Positions 1 through 10,237 of a stretch of DNA of 64,000 bases are shown piece by piece. A model generated the notes under the pieces. That model did not search any database. It was not told the DNA's origin and was given only the letters and a program-made list of their open reading frames with translations. The stretch covers positions 32,001 to 96,000 of the IMG/VR virus record IMGVR_UViG_3300031857_000055; one strand, given 5' to 3'. How positions within the stretch are numbered: the first letter of the stretch is position 1; each line of letters begins with the position of its first letter. The stretch is from a virus. Made by a program: the position numbers and the translations under genes.

Positions 1-2538
1 GTACCCTTCCAAAGATACTATATTCAATCAATCATTGACGGTAACGAATTTACTATTTCTGAAACACAGGGCGGGCCAGTTCTAGCTCAGGATGATTTCG
101 CAGGAACTACTACATTCGTGACTAATGATTACTCAATTGGACTTAGAAATGGTAATAAGGCAAAGTTAGTATTTGCAAACAATACCTTTACTAACGATGT
201 TGACTATATATCCTTCTCAATCTTTGGCGAAACACAGCCAGCGCAGTATGGTTATGCTGTTCCGGAAACTCAGTATTACGCAGGAAATGGTTCAACCAGT
301 CTATTCCAGTTAGCTAACTTTGTAGGCTTAGATAACCCACAAAATGCGATTGTGGAAGTGAACGGTGTTAGACAGACTATATCACAGTATACGATTGACG
401 CTATCGCCAACACAATATTGTTTGATAGTCCTCCTCCCGCAAACTCAGTGGTTGCGGTAACTACGTACAACGATACATTAAGACAATACCTAACCAGTCA
501 GTATGACATTACTGGTAACCCAGGTTCTTCGTTGCTTAACCTAACAGTTATAGAAACAGTAAACGAGCTAGGAACATATGACCAAGACGCTCCGGTAGTT
601 CAAACATATGACCAAGATACTCCTGTTATTGTTCTCTATGATGAATTCTTGAACTATCTAACTTTGGGACCAGGCGATGACACCAGTGTATTGAATGTTA
701 ACGATTCATTGCAGTTCAGCGCACCAACATTAGGCGGAATTGTTGCAGGACAAACCTATTATGTTCTTCAAATTCTTAACTCTACCGACTTCGTAATTTC
801 TGAAGAAGTAGGGGGAACTCCTTTTGTAGTGTCTGATGATACTGGGTCAATGTCACTGTTGGCAAACGGATTGACGGTTGCGCCTATCGCAAATATCAGT
901 AATAGTTTGACTCCGCCGATAGCTATTAGCAACGCAACAAGCACAACCGCAGGATCTCCTAATCAAATCACAGCAGATAGCACTACTGGATTTATCGTAA
1001 ATCAACCAGTTCAGTTCTTTGGCACATCATTTGACGCCAACATTAGAACAGACGGTGTTGTATACTTTATTAGAAGTATTGTTAATAGCACTACGTTTAC
1101 TATTAAAGACGCTGCCGGTACCCAAATTGTGACTGTTGGTGGTTCAGGCAATATGCAAGTTGTAGTGGGCGGACAGCCCAGTGTGCGTGTAACTACCTCA
1201 ATTGAGCATAAGTTTGTAGAAAATACGTTAATTAGAATTGACGGTACAACTGGTTCAGTTCAGCTTAATAATAACACATATTATGCTAAGATCATTGACC
1301 CACTCACATTTGATATCTATAATAGTCCATATGATTCTTCAATTACTGCGGTAAATGATCCCGTAACTACTATTGAAGCGTATATCAGTGGCGGCTATAC
1401 ATGGCGTCAGGGTCTATTCTTCATCAGCACTACTACAGCCACTGCTACTACTGAAGCATCACCCGATGACGATTATATAACTGTAGCTTCTACTGACGGT
1501 CTGGTTTCTGGAACTCCAGTATACTTCAGTGAAATTGAAACATCAAACACTGATATTAACGGAGATCCTACTCCGCTAATGGGAGGCTTAACACAGGGTA
1601 CACTGTATTATGTGAAGGACATTGTTAACTCTACTAGATTCACTGTGTCTTCAGTGAGATATGGTCCTGCTGTTAGCTTAACCGACGATTCCGGAAGAAT
1701 CAACGTAACTCAGTGGTCACAAGAAAATGTTGATAGAATGTATGTAACAATCAACGGCTATCGTGTTCCGTCATCTAAGCTCAAAGTCAATGACTTCAAC
1801 GAAGTCAGCATTTTGTCAGAGATTGTCCCCGGTGATAGAGTCATTATCTCAAGTATGATACCAACTGCAACTCCTAATGAGGAAATATACATCAATTTTG
1901 TTAACAATGTTGGGGACGCTGAAGTTTACAGAACCAGTCCAGAAATTACAACTTGGGTAACCGAAACTGTATATCCTTTAGCAACAGAAATCTTAGTCAA
2001 CGATGTTACTAAGCTAACTCGCCAGATAGTGCAGGAAGTCACAACTCCAGCTCCAGCTATTGCTGACGGATTCTACTATATAGGATTAACCGCAGACAAG
2101 AACTTGATTGCTAATGTTAGAATCTTCAACAAGACTACACTAAACTTCATACCACAAGAAGCAATCAGTGTTGCTCTTATTGATTTGTCTCCTAATGTTA
2201 AGATTGCGCCCGGAGTCTACATTACGGAGGACGATGAGTTGACTATCACTACCCTAGAAGGTAACTTAGTCTATATCAACGGCGAACAGATTAGATTCAA
2301 TAAGGTAGACTTTGATACTAATGCGTTGCAAGAAATTAGTAGAGGCGTGAACGGTACTGGTACACAAACTATCATACCTGCTTACTCTCCTGCATATGGA
2401 CTGTTGTCGATAAATCAACTACCTAATGTGTTCTATGATCAGACTTGGAATTCCAACAAATATAACACCGTTGAAGGGGATCCGTTGCAGATTAGCGACA
2501 CTATTCCTGCTCAATTCCTAATTGATCCGGCTAATTAA
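1..2538 (+). CDS. Large virion structural protein (baseplate wedge/tail-associated), 5'-truncated by window edge
   Basis: Frame of the 118..2538 ORF is open back to base 1. Beta-rich, T/S/N-rich, with repeated 'GxxYYVxxIxxSTxFxIS' modules. Lies upstream of tail-fibre genes. Confidence 0.7.
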   Translation, partial: VPFQRYYIQSIIDGNEFTISETQGGPVLAQDDFAGTTTFVTNDYSIGLRNGNKAKLVFANNTFTNDVDYISFSIFGETQPAQYGYAVPETQYYAGNGSTSLFQLANFVGLDNPQNAIVEVNGVRQTISQYTIDAIANTILFDSPPPANSVVAVTTYNDTLRQYLTSQYDITGNPGSSLLNLTVIETVNELGTYDQDAPVVQTYDQDTPVIVLYDEFLNYLTLGPGDDTSVLNVNDSLQFSAPTLGGIVAGQTYYVLQILNSTDFVISEEVGGTPFVVSDDTGSMSLLANGLTVAPIANISNSLTPPIAISNATSTTAGSPNQITADSTTGFIVNQPVQFFGTSFDANIRTDGVVYFIRSIVNSTTFTIKDAAGTQIVTVGGSGNMQVVVGGQPSVRVTTSIEHKFVENTLIRIDGTTGSVQLNNNTYYAKIIDPLTFDIYNSPYDSSITAVNDPVTTIEAYISGGYTWRQGLFFISTTTATATTEASPDDDYITVASTDGLVSGTPVYFSEIETSNTDINGDPTPLMGGLTQGTLYYVKDIVNSTRFTVSSVRYGPAVSLTDDSGRINVTQWSQENVDRMYVTINGYRVPSSKLKVNDFNEVSILSEIVPGDRVIISSMIPTATPNEEIYINFVNNVGDAEVYRTSPEITTWVTETVYPLATEILVNDVTKLTRQIVQEVTTPAPAIADGFYYIGLTADKNLIANVRIFNKTTLNFIPQEAISVALIDLSPNVKIAPGVYITEDDELTITTLEGNLVYINGEQIRFNKVDFDTNALQEISRGVNGTGTQTIIPAYSPAYGLLSINQLPNVFYDQTWNSNKYNTVEGDPLQISDTIPAQFLIDPAN

Positions 2539-2553
2539 GAGATAAATAAAGAA

Positions 2554-2700
2554 ATGAATACTAATATATCAACCAGTTCTACTAAAAAGGTTACTGAAAA
2601 AAAGCCCAACGAGATTGGTGGCTTCCACTTTTCCTCTGGAATTAAGATTTTTGATCCAGTAACGAAAGAAGTTCTTCTACAAAAGAGAGGCGACAACTAA
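2554..2700 (+). CDS. Small 48-aa protein (not in ORF track)
   Basis: ATG 2554 to TAA 2700: MNTNISTSSTKKVTEKKPNEIGGFHFSSGIKIFDPVTKEVLLQKRGDN. Preceded by TAAATA-N5. Stop overlaps next ATG (TAATG). C-terminus resembles N-terminus of next gene. Confidence 0.75.
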   Translation: MNTNISTSSTKKVTEKKPNEIGGFHFSSGIKIFDPVTKEVLLQKRGDN

Positions 2701-3320
2701 TGTCTATCATCAACTTATCATATAAGGTAGAAGGCTTCCTCAAGATTTATGACCCTAACAACGGGGAAATTTTTGTAGATAAGAAGAACGCCATCAACTA
2801 TGAGAATATGTCAGTAGCAATTGCTGATACATTGAGCAGTAGAGGATACGGTGAAATCTATCAGATGGCATTCGGTAACGGCGGAGCTAGTGTTGATCAG
2901 ACTGGCGTGATCACATATCTGCCACCTAACGTAACTGGTCAAAATGCTGCATTGTACAATCAGACTTATGCTAAGATCGTAGATGACACAAGCGTATTCA
3001 ATCTTGATCCTACACGTAACAAGATGACTGTCCTACACACGACAGGCACCGTGTACTCAGATATTCTGGTTCAATGTCTATTAGACTACGGTGAGCCAGC
3101 TGGACAGGCAGCATTTGATAACAGTACTCAAACAGATTCAACGTATGTATTTGATGAATTAGGACTATTAGCCAACTATGGTACGGACAATAACGGTAAT
3201 GTAATAACCAGACTACTGACTCACGTTATTTTCCATCCAGTACAAAAGTCACTGAACAGACAAATACAAATTGATTACACCATTAGAATTCAGAGTCTAA
3301 CTAATTTGGTAACTATTTAA
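2700..3320 (+). CDS. Putative baseplate/tail structural protein
   Basis: 206 aa. C-terminal 'FDELGL...LLTHVIFHPVQKS...IDYTIRI' resembles tail-fibre-attachment/baseplate proteins. Structural gene context. Confidence 0.6.
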   Translation: MSIINLSYKVEGFLKIYDPNNGEIFVDKKNAINYENMSVAIADTLSSRGYGEIYQMAFGNGGASVDQTGVITYLPPNVTGQNAALYNQTYAKIVDDTSVFNLDPTRNKMTVLHTTGTVYSDILVQCLLDYGEPAGQAAFDNSTQTDSTYVFDELGLLANYGTDNNGNVITRLLTHVIFHPVQKSLNRQIQIDYTIRIQSLTNLVTI

Positions 3321-3333
3321 GGGAGCGCAAGAA

Positions 3334-5574
3334 GTGTCGTATAGTATTTTCAGAACCAATGGTTCACTTTTAACAACTATTCCGGACGGTACGGTTAATA
3401 CTACCAGCACTCCTTTAAGCTTGCCAGGTAGAAACTATGCAAGTTACGGGCAAATCGTAGACACCAATTTTGTCCATCAACTAGAAAACTTTGCTAATTC
3501 TACTCCACCGCCTGATGCACTGCGCGGCCAGCTATGGTACAACACCACTGCAAATGTATTGTATATTTGCCCGTCAGACGGCGAGTCAAATGTTGCATTA
3601 TGGGTTCCTATTCTAACACCAAATAATATTAGCAATATCTCAGTTGTAAATCTTACTGCATCGGCTAATATATCAGCAAACAACGCTACTATTACCAACA
3701 ATGCAAACGCTAATGCTATCTCTACCAACTACTTAACAGTCAACGTTCAAGCAAACATTTCTAATGCAAATGTTACTGGAAATGCAGTAGTTGCAAACTT
3801 ACGAACAGTAAACGTAACAGCTGGTTCAAATACCATCACCGGTACTTTAACTGGTGCCTGGACAGTAAACGGAGACGCAACAGTTAGCAGCGTTGCAAAC
3901 ACTGCTTTGTATGTTACCGGAGGTAATCTGGTTGTTAGCACCGGTATAAAGACTAACAACTATCTGTATGCTAACGGTGTCGCCGTATCATTTGACGGTA
4001 CATATACTAACAGTAACGTAGCAGCTTACTTACCTACTTATGAAGGAAACGTAGGCAGCCCAGGTGGCAACGCAGTATTTAATGGCAGAACACTTAATGC
4101 TGGATCAAACGTAACAACAGGCACAATCAACGGTAACTGGACACTTTCCTCAGGTTCACAAATCAACGGTCTATCAGGTATTGCAGGTGCTAATGTTACA
4201 GGAACAGTTGCTAACGCTACATATGCAGTAAGCGCAGGCTCAGCAGGAAGTGCTACAACTGCCGCTACAGTAACAACAGCAGCACAACCAAATATCACTT
4301 CAGTCGGTACATTAACCGGCCTTAACGTATCAGGTAACGCAAACTTTACCGGTCAGCTAATAAGTTTGGGATCAAACGGTAATGTAAGCATCACTGGCGG
4401 CGCAGCCGGTCAAGTATTGTCAACAAACGGTTCAGGCGGACTAAGCTGGGTATCGGCAGCGGCTGCTCAAACTGCAATTACTGTTACTGCTAACGCTCAG
4501 CCAAACATCACAAGTACAGGCACACTCACTGGCCTTAACGTTTCTGGAAACGCATCATTTACTGGTGCTAACGTAAGTTTAGGAGATGCTGCTAATCTAA
4601 AAATTAATGGCGGTTCGTCAGGACAGCTTCTAACGTCACTTGGTTCTGGAACCGTAGCTTGGCAAACAGCCGAGACTGTCATCCCATCCGGAACCAGAAT
4701 GTTATTTGCTCAAACTAATGCTCCTACAGGATGGACAAAGCAAACTTCAAGCGACAACGCTGCATTAAGAGTCGTATCAGGCACTGCCGGAACAGGCGGC
4801 TCTGTCAACTTTACGGCTGCGTTCACTTCACAATCAGTGTCTGGTACAGTGGGAAGCACTACTGCCGGAGGGACGGTCGGCAATAGCACTATCAGTGCAA
4901 CTGTAGGTGACACTGCTGTTTCAGGCACCGTGGGTTCTACCGTAGCAGAAGGTTCAGTAGGGTCTACTTCTATAACTGCAAGCATCGGTGAAACTGCGGT
5001 ATCAGGTTCAATAACATCGGCTACTGCTGGCGGCACAGTAGGGACCAATACTATTAGTGCAAGCATCGGAAACACTGCGGTATCAGGAACAATAGACGAA
5101 ACTACGGTTACTGGAACTACCAATAGCAATTTCACCGGAATTACCCTAAACATAATTAACTCAGAGCAAATTGAGAACGAGCAAAATCAGTTTTGGGTTT
5201 ATCGTTATGCAATAAATGATCCAGGACACAGCCACACGTTTTCTGCTGCCCCACACAATCACACGTTCTCATCACCGTCCCACTCTCACGATTTCACTCA
5301 GTCGGCTCACGGTCACACATTTGCTGGATCGCCTCACAGCCACAGCTTCACTTCGCCAAATCACACTCACGGATTTACTCAGACAGCGCACAATCACACA
5401 TTTGCTGGATCCGCACACACCCACTCATTCTCGTCACCAAACCATACTCACTCCTTTAGTCAGTCAGCGCACACTCATACCTTCACCGGTGATTCCCATA
5501 ATCACACATTTTCGGGAACGGACATTAACTTGGCTGTTAAATACGTAGACGTTATTATTGCACAGAAAGATTAA
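3334..5574 (+). CDS. Tail fibre protein with collar domain and His-x-His metal-binding needle tip
   Basis: N-terminal attachment domain shared with 5945..7183. N/G/T-rich shaft with duplicated AQPNIT repeat. Collar-like 'IPSGTRMLFAQTNAPTGWTK'. 11 HxH motifs at the C-terminus, as in T4 gp37/gp12 tips. Confidence 0.85.
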   Translation: MSYSIFRTNGSLLTTIPDGTVNTTSTPLSLPGRNYASYGQIVDTNFVHQLENFANSTPPPDALRGQLWYNTTANVLYICPSDGESNVALWVPILTPNNISNISVVNLTASANISANNATITNNANANAISTNYLTVNVQANISNANVTGNAVVANLRTVNVTAGSNTITGTLTGAWTVNGDATVSSVANTALYVTGGNLVVSTGIKTNNYLYANGVAVSFDGTYTNSNVAAYLPTYEGNVGSPGGNAVFNGRTLNAGSNVTTGTINGNWTLSSGSQINGLSGIAGANVTGTVANATYAVSAGSAGSATTAATVTTAAQPNITSVGTLTGLNVSGNANFTGQLISLGSNGNVSITGGAAGQVLSTNGSGGLSWVSAAAAQTAITVTANAQPNITSTGTLTGLNVSGNASFTGANVSLGDAANLKINGGSSGQLLTSLGSGTVAWQTAETVIPSGTRMLFAQTNAPTGWTKQTSSDNAALRVVSGTAGTGGSVNFTAAFTSQSVSGTVGSTTAGGTVGNSTISATVGDTAVSGTVGSTVAEGSVGSTSITASIGETAVSGSITSATAGGTVGTNTISASIGNTAVSGTIDETTVTGTTNSNFTGITLNIINSEQIENEQNQFWVYRYAINDPGHSHTFSAAPHNHTFSSPSHSHDFTQSAHGHTFAGSPHSHSFTSPNHTHGFTQTAHNHTFAGSAHTHSFSSPNHTHSFSQSAHTHTFTGDSHNHTFSGTDINLAVKYVDVIIAQKD

Positions 5575-5582
5575 GGTATTGT

Positions 5583-5915
5583 ATGAAGTTAGAACCCGGA
5601 AAATTTTGCCCACTGATTAAGAAAGACTGTGTAGGACTACAATGTTCATGGTTTACATTAGTTAGGGGCACGCATCCGCAGACGGGACAAGAAGTTGATG
5701 AATGGGGCTGTGCAGTAACATGGTTGCCGGTCTTGATGATTGAAAATAGTCAGCAGCAGCGACAAACAGGTGCCGCAGTTGAAAGTTTCAGAAACGAAGT
5801 AGTTAAGTCGGCTGAGAAAAGTCAGCATTTGATAGCAGCAGACCTTCAACATCGTATAGAGGAATCTAGAAGAATACAGACGCTACCTTATAGCGATACA
5901 GCAAATAATACATGA
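5583..5915 (+). CDS. Cys-containing small protein, probable tail-fibre partner/chaperone
   Basis: 110 aa, 'FCPLIKKDCVGLQCSWF...WGCAV' then a coiled coil. Directly follows the fibre gene. Function inferred from position only. Confidence 0.5.
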   Translation: MKLEPGKFCPLIKKDCVGLQCSWFTLVRGTHPQTGQEVDEWGCAVTWLPVLMIENSQQQRQTGAAVESFRNEVVKSAEKSQHLIAADLQHRIEESRRIQTLPYSDTANNT

Positions 5916-5944
5916 TAAATATTCGTACACGGAGAAATTTTTAA

Positions 5945-7183
5945 ATGGCATATACAATAGTTAAAAGCGATGGTACAGTACTTACCACCATTCCAGATGG
6001 TACGATAGATACTACCAGTACCTCTCTTGGATTACCAGGAAGAAGCTTTTCCGGTTATGGACAAGCTCAAGACACAAACTTTGTTCACTTAACAGAAAAT
6101 TTTGCTTCTTCTACTCCTCCTCCTAATCCTATTAGAGGTCAGCTTTGGTACAACACAACTACTAACACGATGCTTGTGTGTCCAGCAGACGGAGAAGCAA
6201 ACGCAGCAGCTTGGTTAGCACTAACTTCAACATCAAGTGGTTCTACTACTACATTCGGTAACATTTCAGTAAGCGGGTCAATCACAACTTCTGAATTGAC
6301 AGTAGACAATGAAATTTCAGCCGGCTCAATATCAACCGACTCATTGACTGTTACTAATGACGCAAACATTGCTAATGCTACTCTATCGGGAACTACCACA
6401 ATTGCAAGCACTCAAACAGCAATTATTACAACAGGCGCAGCCGCTACAAACGGTAGCTTGACAGGAACTTGGACAGTATCCGGTAATGGTGTAGCTAATA
6501 GTGTTAACGGAACTGCTCTTTGGGTTACAGACGGTAACCTTGTAATTTCAGGCGCAGGTAGTATCGGTATACGAACCGATAACTATATGTACGCAAACGG
6601 AGTATCCATTCCACTAGGCGGTACATATGGTAACAGTAACGTAGCAGCATACTTACCAACATATGCAGCAAACATCGGCCCCGTAGGCGGCGCAGCAGTG
6701 TTTAATGGTAGAACTTTATCTACTGGTGCAAATACAACTACTGGTAACATTACAGGTAACTGGTCATTAACTGCTGGCTCACGCCTCAACGCTACTTACG
6801 CTGACCTTGCAGAACGTTTCGCAGCAGATGAAGTGTATGAACCAGGTACTGTAGTAGAATTGGGCGGCGAAAAAGAAATCACAATTGCAAAAGATGAACT
6901 GTCAGAGAAGATATTCGGTGTTGTTTCAAACACTGCTGCCTACTTGATGAACGCTGGTGCCGGTGACGATGATACTCACCCTGCAATTGCGCTTGCCGGA
7001 CGAGCTTCAGTTAAAGTTGTCGGCTCTATTAAAAAGGGTGATAGACTTGTAAGCGCCGGAAATGGAGTAGCAAGAGCAGCCTCTGAAGCTGAAGCAACTG
7101 CGTTCAACACTATTGGTAGATCATTAATAAATAAAGATACAGAAGACGCCGGCATTATTGAAGCCGTTGTTATGATAAGATAA
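5945..7183 (+). CDS. Tail fibre protein (paralog of 3334..5574) with C-terminal chaperone-like domain
   Basis: Same N-terminal domain (TTIPDGT..TTST.L.LPGR...YGQ) and shared 'NSNVAAYLPTY' block. C-terminal 'YADLAERF...PGTVV...G.VS...P.AL.GR' resembles intramolecular-chaperone tails of phage fibres. Confidence 0.8.
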   Translation: MAYTIVKSDGTVLTTIPDGTIDTTSTSLGLPGRSFSGYGQAQDTNFVHLTENFASSTPPPNPIRGQLWYNTTTNTMLVCPADGEANAAAWLALTSTSSGSTTTFGNISVSGSITTSELTVDNEISAGSISTDSLTVTNDANIANATLSGTTTIASTQTAIITTGAAATNGSLTGTWTVSGNGVANSVNGTALWVTDGNLVISGAGSIGIRTDNYMYANGVSIPLGGTYGNSNVAAYLPTYAANIGPVGGAAVFNGRTLSTGANTTTGNITGNWSLTAGSRLNATYADLAERFAADEVYEPGTVVELGGEKEITIAKDELSEKIFGVVSNTAAYLMNAGAGDDDTHPAIALAGRASVKVVGSIKKGDRLVSAGNGVARAASEAEATAFNTIGRSLINKDTEDAGIIEAVVMIR

Positions 7184-7198
7184 TAATAAGGATTTAAG

Positions 7199-8152
7199 AT
7201 GGCCTACGCTCAATTCGCTACAATAGATGCAGCAGACTTTAATACGCTCGTAGGTGGCAACCCCACTACGACTGTTAATACGCTAAACGCAACTTGGGCA
7301 GTAGGTGGCGGCGCCGCCGGTTACGGACAGACTGCTGTAGCAAACGTTGCTGCAGGAACTAATATTCTGGCAAGCACTCAGTGGGCATCACTCGTCTCTA
7401 ATACAGCAAGTGCAGCATCGCATCAAGGGTCTAGTATTACAAGCGTCTCTACTCCGGTTGCGGGCGGGGTAATTACATTCAATGCAGCTATTCCTACTAA
7501 CTTGACAACTATCTATACCAATAGACTAAATGCAGCGGCACAAGGTTCATCTACAAACAACACAGCTACTAGAGGTACTACTTGGTCAAACCAATTGACA
7601 TTCACTCACACTGCTACATTTGCTAACGGTAACGCTGCTCGCTATTTCTTCAATGCTGGTGGTCAAATTAGAATGACTGTATCACATCCTAGCGGTACCG
7701 GAATTAATCTATTGTTTAACAATTTGGCAAGTAACGTAGGCACAGTAGTAATGTCTGCCCCTACATCAGGATCAGTATCTATTGCCGGACTATCATATAA
7801 CGGAATAACTAAAATAGGCGGCGGCGGAAACGCTCCTACTATTTCTCAGAATACTGGTTACTATGCGTTGACTACAGCTAATGCCAACGTATTCACTCAG
7901 ACTGCAAGTACAGGTCCAAGTGGGTATCTATCATCGTTCATTCGTTTCATCGTTCAGAGTAACGGTACGCAGGGTTCTAACGGTGACGCTGGCTCAGTAA
8001 TCACTGTTCACACTGTCTGGGACGAAATTCCAGACGGGTTAGTAGTAGCAAGTGGTTCTGCAACTACTATGACACTCACCCCTCCTGCAACTACTAACAT
8101 TGCTAACACTTGGGGCGCAGTCACGTTAACCGGTACTGTTACTGGTTCCTAA
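7199..8152 (+). CDS. Virion structural protein (tail-associated)
   Basis: 317 aa, A/G/T/N-rich, 'ARYFFNAGGQI' motif, almost no charged residues. Structural context. Confidence 0.6.
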   Translation: MAYAQFATIDAADFNTLVGGNPTTTVNTLNATWAVGGGAAGYGQTAVANVAAGTNILASTQWASLVSNTASAASHQGSSITSVSTPVAGGVITFNAAIPTNLTTIYTNRLNAAAQGSSTNNTATRGTTWSNQLTFTHTATFANGNAARYFFNAGGQIRMTVSHPSGTGINLLFNNLASNVGTVVMSAPTSGSVSIAGLSYNGITKIGGGGNAPTISQNTGYYALTTANANVFTQTASTGPSGYLSSFIRFIVQSNGTQGSNGDAGSVITVHTVWDEIPDGLVVASGSATTMTLTPPATTNIANTWGAVTLTGTVTGS

Positions 8153-8171
8153 CTTTTTTAATCGCATAGGG

Positions 8172-8210
8172 GTATCCATCTAAATACTCTTAGGAGTTTA
8201 CGATGGATAC
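8172..8210 (+). promoter_or_regulatory. Putative late promoter (TAAATA 8181-8186) inside a hairpin that buries the RBS and ATG of 8203
   Basis: GTATCCATC (8172-8180) is the exact reverse complement of GATGGATAC (8202-8210). Inner ACTC/GAGT pairing covers the TAGGAG RBS. Confidence 0.6.
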
Positions 8211-8508
8211 TAAAACCTTAATTACCGAAGCAAAAGCTCGTTTTGCTCACAACTCAGCAAAAGATTATCTAAAAGAAAAGTACAATGCAAAGCTATTAGT
8301 AGCAGAGCAGGGTGGTCTATGGCGTGCTGACAAAGAAACTATCTCTTTCTTAACAGCATTCTTGAATGAAGAAGTCGTTCTCATGGATACGTTTGACAAT
8401 CCAGTAAAGGTTAATAGACAAGACCTTAAAGACAAGTTGTGTGAAACTTATTATAGAGTGATGAACGAATGGCACAATGAGTGGAAAGAGCTTGAAAGTA
8501 AGAGATAA
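8203..8508 (+). CDS. Hypothetical protein, first gene of biosynthetic island
   Basis: 101 aa, strong AGGAG RBS. Confidence 0.7.
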   Translation: MDTKTLITEAKARFAHNSAKDYLKEKYNAKLLVAEQGGLWRADKETISFLTAFLNEEVVLMDTFDNPVKVNRQDLKDKLCETYYRVMNEWHNEWKELESKR

Positions 8509-8509
8509 C

Positions 8510-8683
8510 ATGACCGAACTGGTATACGATTCAGATAACGGCATCATCGCATTAGCATTACAAATGTACGTTCACTACGCTACTGAAATGGGCGGCGATC
8601 AGCATTTGATTGACAGAGCAGGTGAACTAGAGTTTATCTTTAAGAATAAACCTACAACAGAAAGATACGAGTGGCCAGAATGA
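8510..8683 (+). CDS. Small hypothetical protein
   Basis: ATG at 8510 right after previous stop; stop overlaps next start (ATGA). Confidence 0.55.
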   Translation: MTELVYDSDNGIIALALQMYVHYATEMGGDQHLIDRAGELEFIFKNKPTTERYEWPE

Positions 8684-9486
8684 CTCGTGGCGTAATACTA
8701 TTTGCCTTTAATAGTCCCAAATACAATTACTATGATATGGCTAAACATACTGCAAAGCGTGTTGAGCATTTCTTAAAGTTGCCTGTTACGTTAGTAACAG
8801 ATGACGATTCTATGCCTAAAGACGAGTACGAACTTTGGGATAAAGTAATAAAAATCAAACCGGACAAGAATAACTTTCGTGACTGGGGTATGTGGATCAA
8901 TAAGGGCCGCTATATGGCATATGAATTAAGCCCGTATGACGAGTCACTATTGTTGGATGTAGACTATATCATCAACTCAAACAAACTACTAACCTTATTT
9001 GATATTGACACAGACTTTTGCTGCCACAATAGAACTAATTTCTTAATGAATGTTGGTGCAGCACAAGAACTACTAAGCGCATATAGTTATGAAACACTAT
9101 GGGCTACTGTTGTGAAGTTCCGCAAGTCTAATCGTGCAGAACAAATTTTTAAATGTTTAGAAATGGTACAAAAGAACTATGAACACTACGCCAACATTCA
9201 TAATTTTATCGCCCCTGTATATCGTAACGATTATGCTCTTACTCTCGCCCTTCGCATTGCTAACGGCCATAGTAGTGATTCCCGCGATGTTATTCCTTGG
9301 GATTTATTGCACGTTGGAAAAAACACGCAAGTTTATCGTGATGGTGATGACCAGCTCGGCACAGAGTATACGGTCATGTTTGACAACTGGCAACGGGGCA
9401 AAATAAGAAAAGAGTATATCACAATCAAAGACCAAGACTTCCACGTGATGGATAAAGAAATATACGTGGAGATGATTAATGAATAA
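8680..9486 (+). CDS. GT-A glycosyltransferase-like protein (GT8/nucleotide-diphospho-sugar transferase-like)
   Basis: 'YELSPYDESLLLDVDY' DxD motif and 'RNDYA'. N-terminal 'RGVILFA' strand. Confidence 0.65.
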   Translation: MTRGVILFAFNSPKYNYYDMAKHTAKRVEHFLKLPVTLVTDDDSMPKDEYELWDKVIKIKPDKNNFRDWGMWINKGRYMAYELSPYDESLLLDVDYIINSNKLLTLFDIDTDFCCHNRTNFLMNVGAAQELLSAYSYETLWATVVKFRKSNRAEQIFKCLEMVQKNYEHYANIHNFIAPVYRNDYALTLALRIANGHSSDSRDVIPWDLLHVGKNTQVYRDGDDQLGTEYTVMFDNWQRGKIRKEYITIKDQDFHVMDKEIYVEMINE

Positions 9487-10237
9487 AGGCTTTGTCATTA
9501 TGGCGCAGGGACTTGACTATGAAGTTTGCGCCGATGTTCTTAAGGATAGCATATTAAATGTGATGCCTGATGCTAACGTAACAATCATTACTACTGATAT
9601 GCTTCCATATGGCGATCAAGCTCCCGACACTGATTGGAAGCTACAGAATGATTGGCAAGTATACGAAGCAAGCCCTTACGAGTATACTATCAAGCTTGAA
9701 GCTGATATGTATTTGCCAAGGTCAATTGAATATTGGTGGGATGTACTACAGAATAGAGACTTAGTAGTAAGCACTACAATCAGAAACTTCAAGCAAGAAA
9801 TATCGGATATCAAAGCATATCGTAGATTCATTACTGACAACAATCTACCTGATACTTATAACGCTATTACGTATTTCCGCAAGAGTGAATTAGCAGAAAA
9901 GTTCTTCAATATTGTGCGTGACGTATTTGAGAATTGGGCTGAGTATAAATCTGTTCTCAAGTGTAACGTTGATGAGATTTGTACTACAGACTGGGCTTAT
10001 GCTATCGCTGCACACATCCTGGGTGAAGAGAATACTACGCTACCTCAATTCAAAGAAATGTCAATGATTCACATGAAGCAATTCATTAATGGTTGTCCTA
10101 CAGAGAAATGGACAGACAATTTGATTTATGAGAAGCTTCCGCACACTTTCAGAATCAATACTATTCCGCAATTGTATCCATTACACTACCATGTAAAAAG
10201 CTTAGCCAAAGAAATCAAGGGGAATAACAATGGATGA
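9479..10237 (+). CDS. GT-A glycosyltransferase-like protein, paralog of preceding gene
   Basis: 'YEASPYEYTIKLEADM' (ExD variant of DxD), 'TTDWAYAIA', C-terminal 'LHYH'. Confidence 0.6.
   Translation: MNKGFVIMAQGLDYEVCADVLKDSILNVMPDANVTIITTDMLPYGDQAPDTDWKLQNDWQVYEASPYEYTIKLEADMYLPRSIEYWWDVLQNRDLVVSTTIRNFKQEISDIKAYRRFITDNNLPDTYNAITYFRKSELAEKFFNIVRDVFENWAEYKSVLKCNVDEICTTDWAYAIAAHILGEENTTLPQFKEMSMIHMKQFINGCPTEKWTDNLIYEKLPHTFRINTIPQLYPLHYHVKSLAKEIKGNNNG

Noticed and set aside
5216-5548. Overlapping +1-frame 110-aa ORF and minus-strand ORFs within the fibre genes
   Set aside because: By-products of low-complexity His/Thr/Ser repeats, with no RBS.
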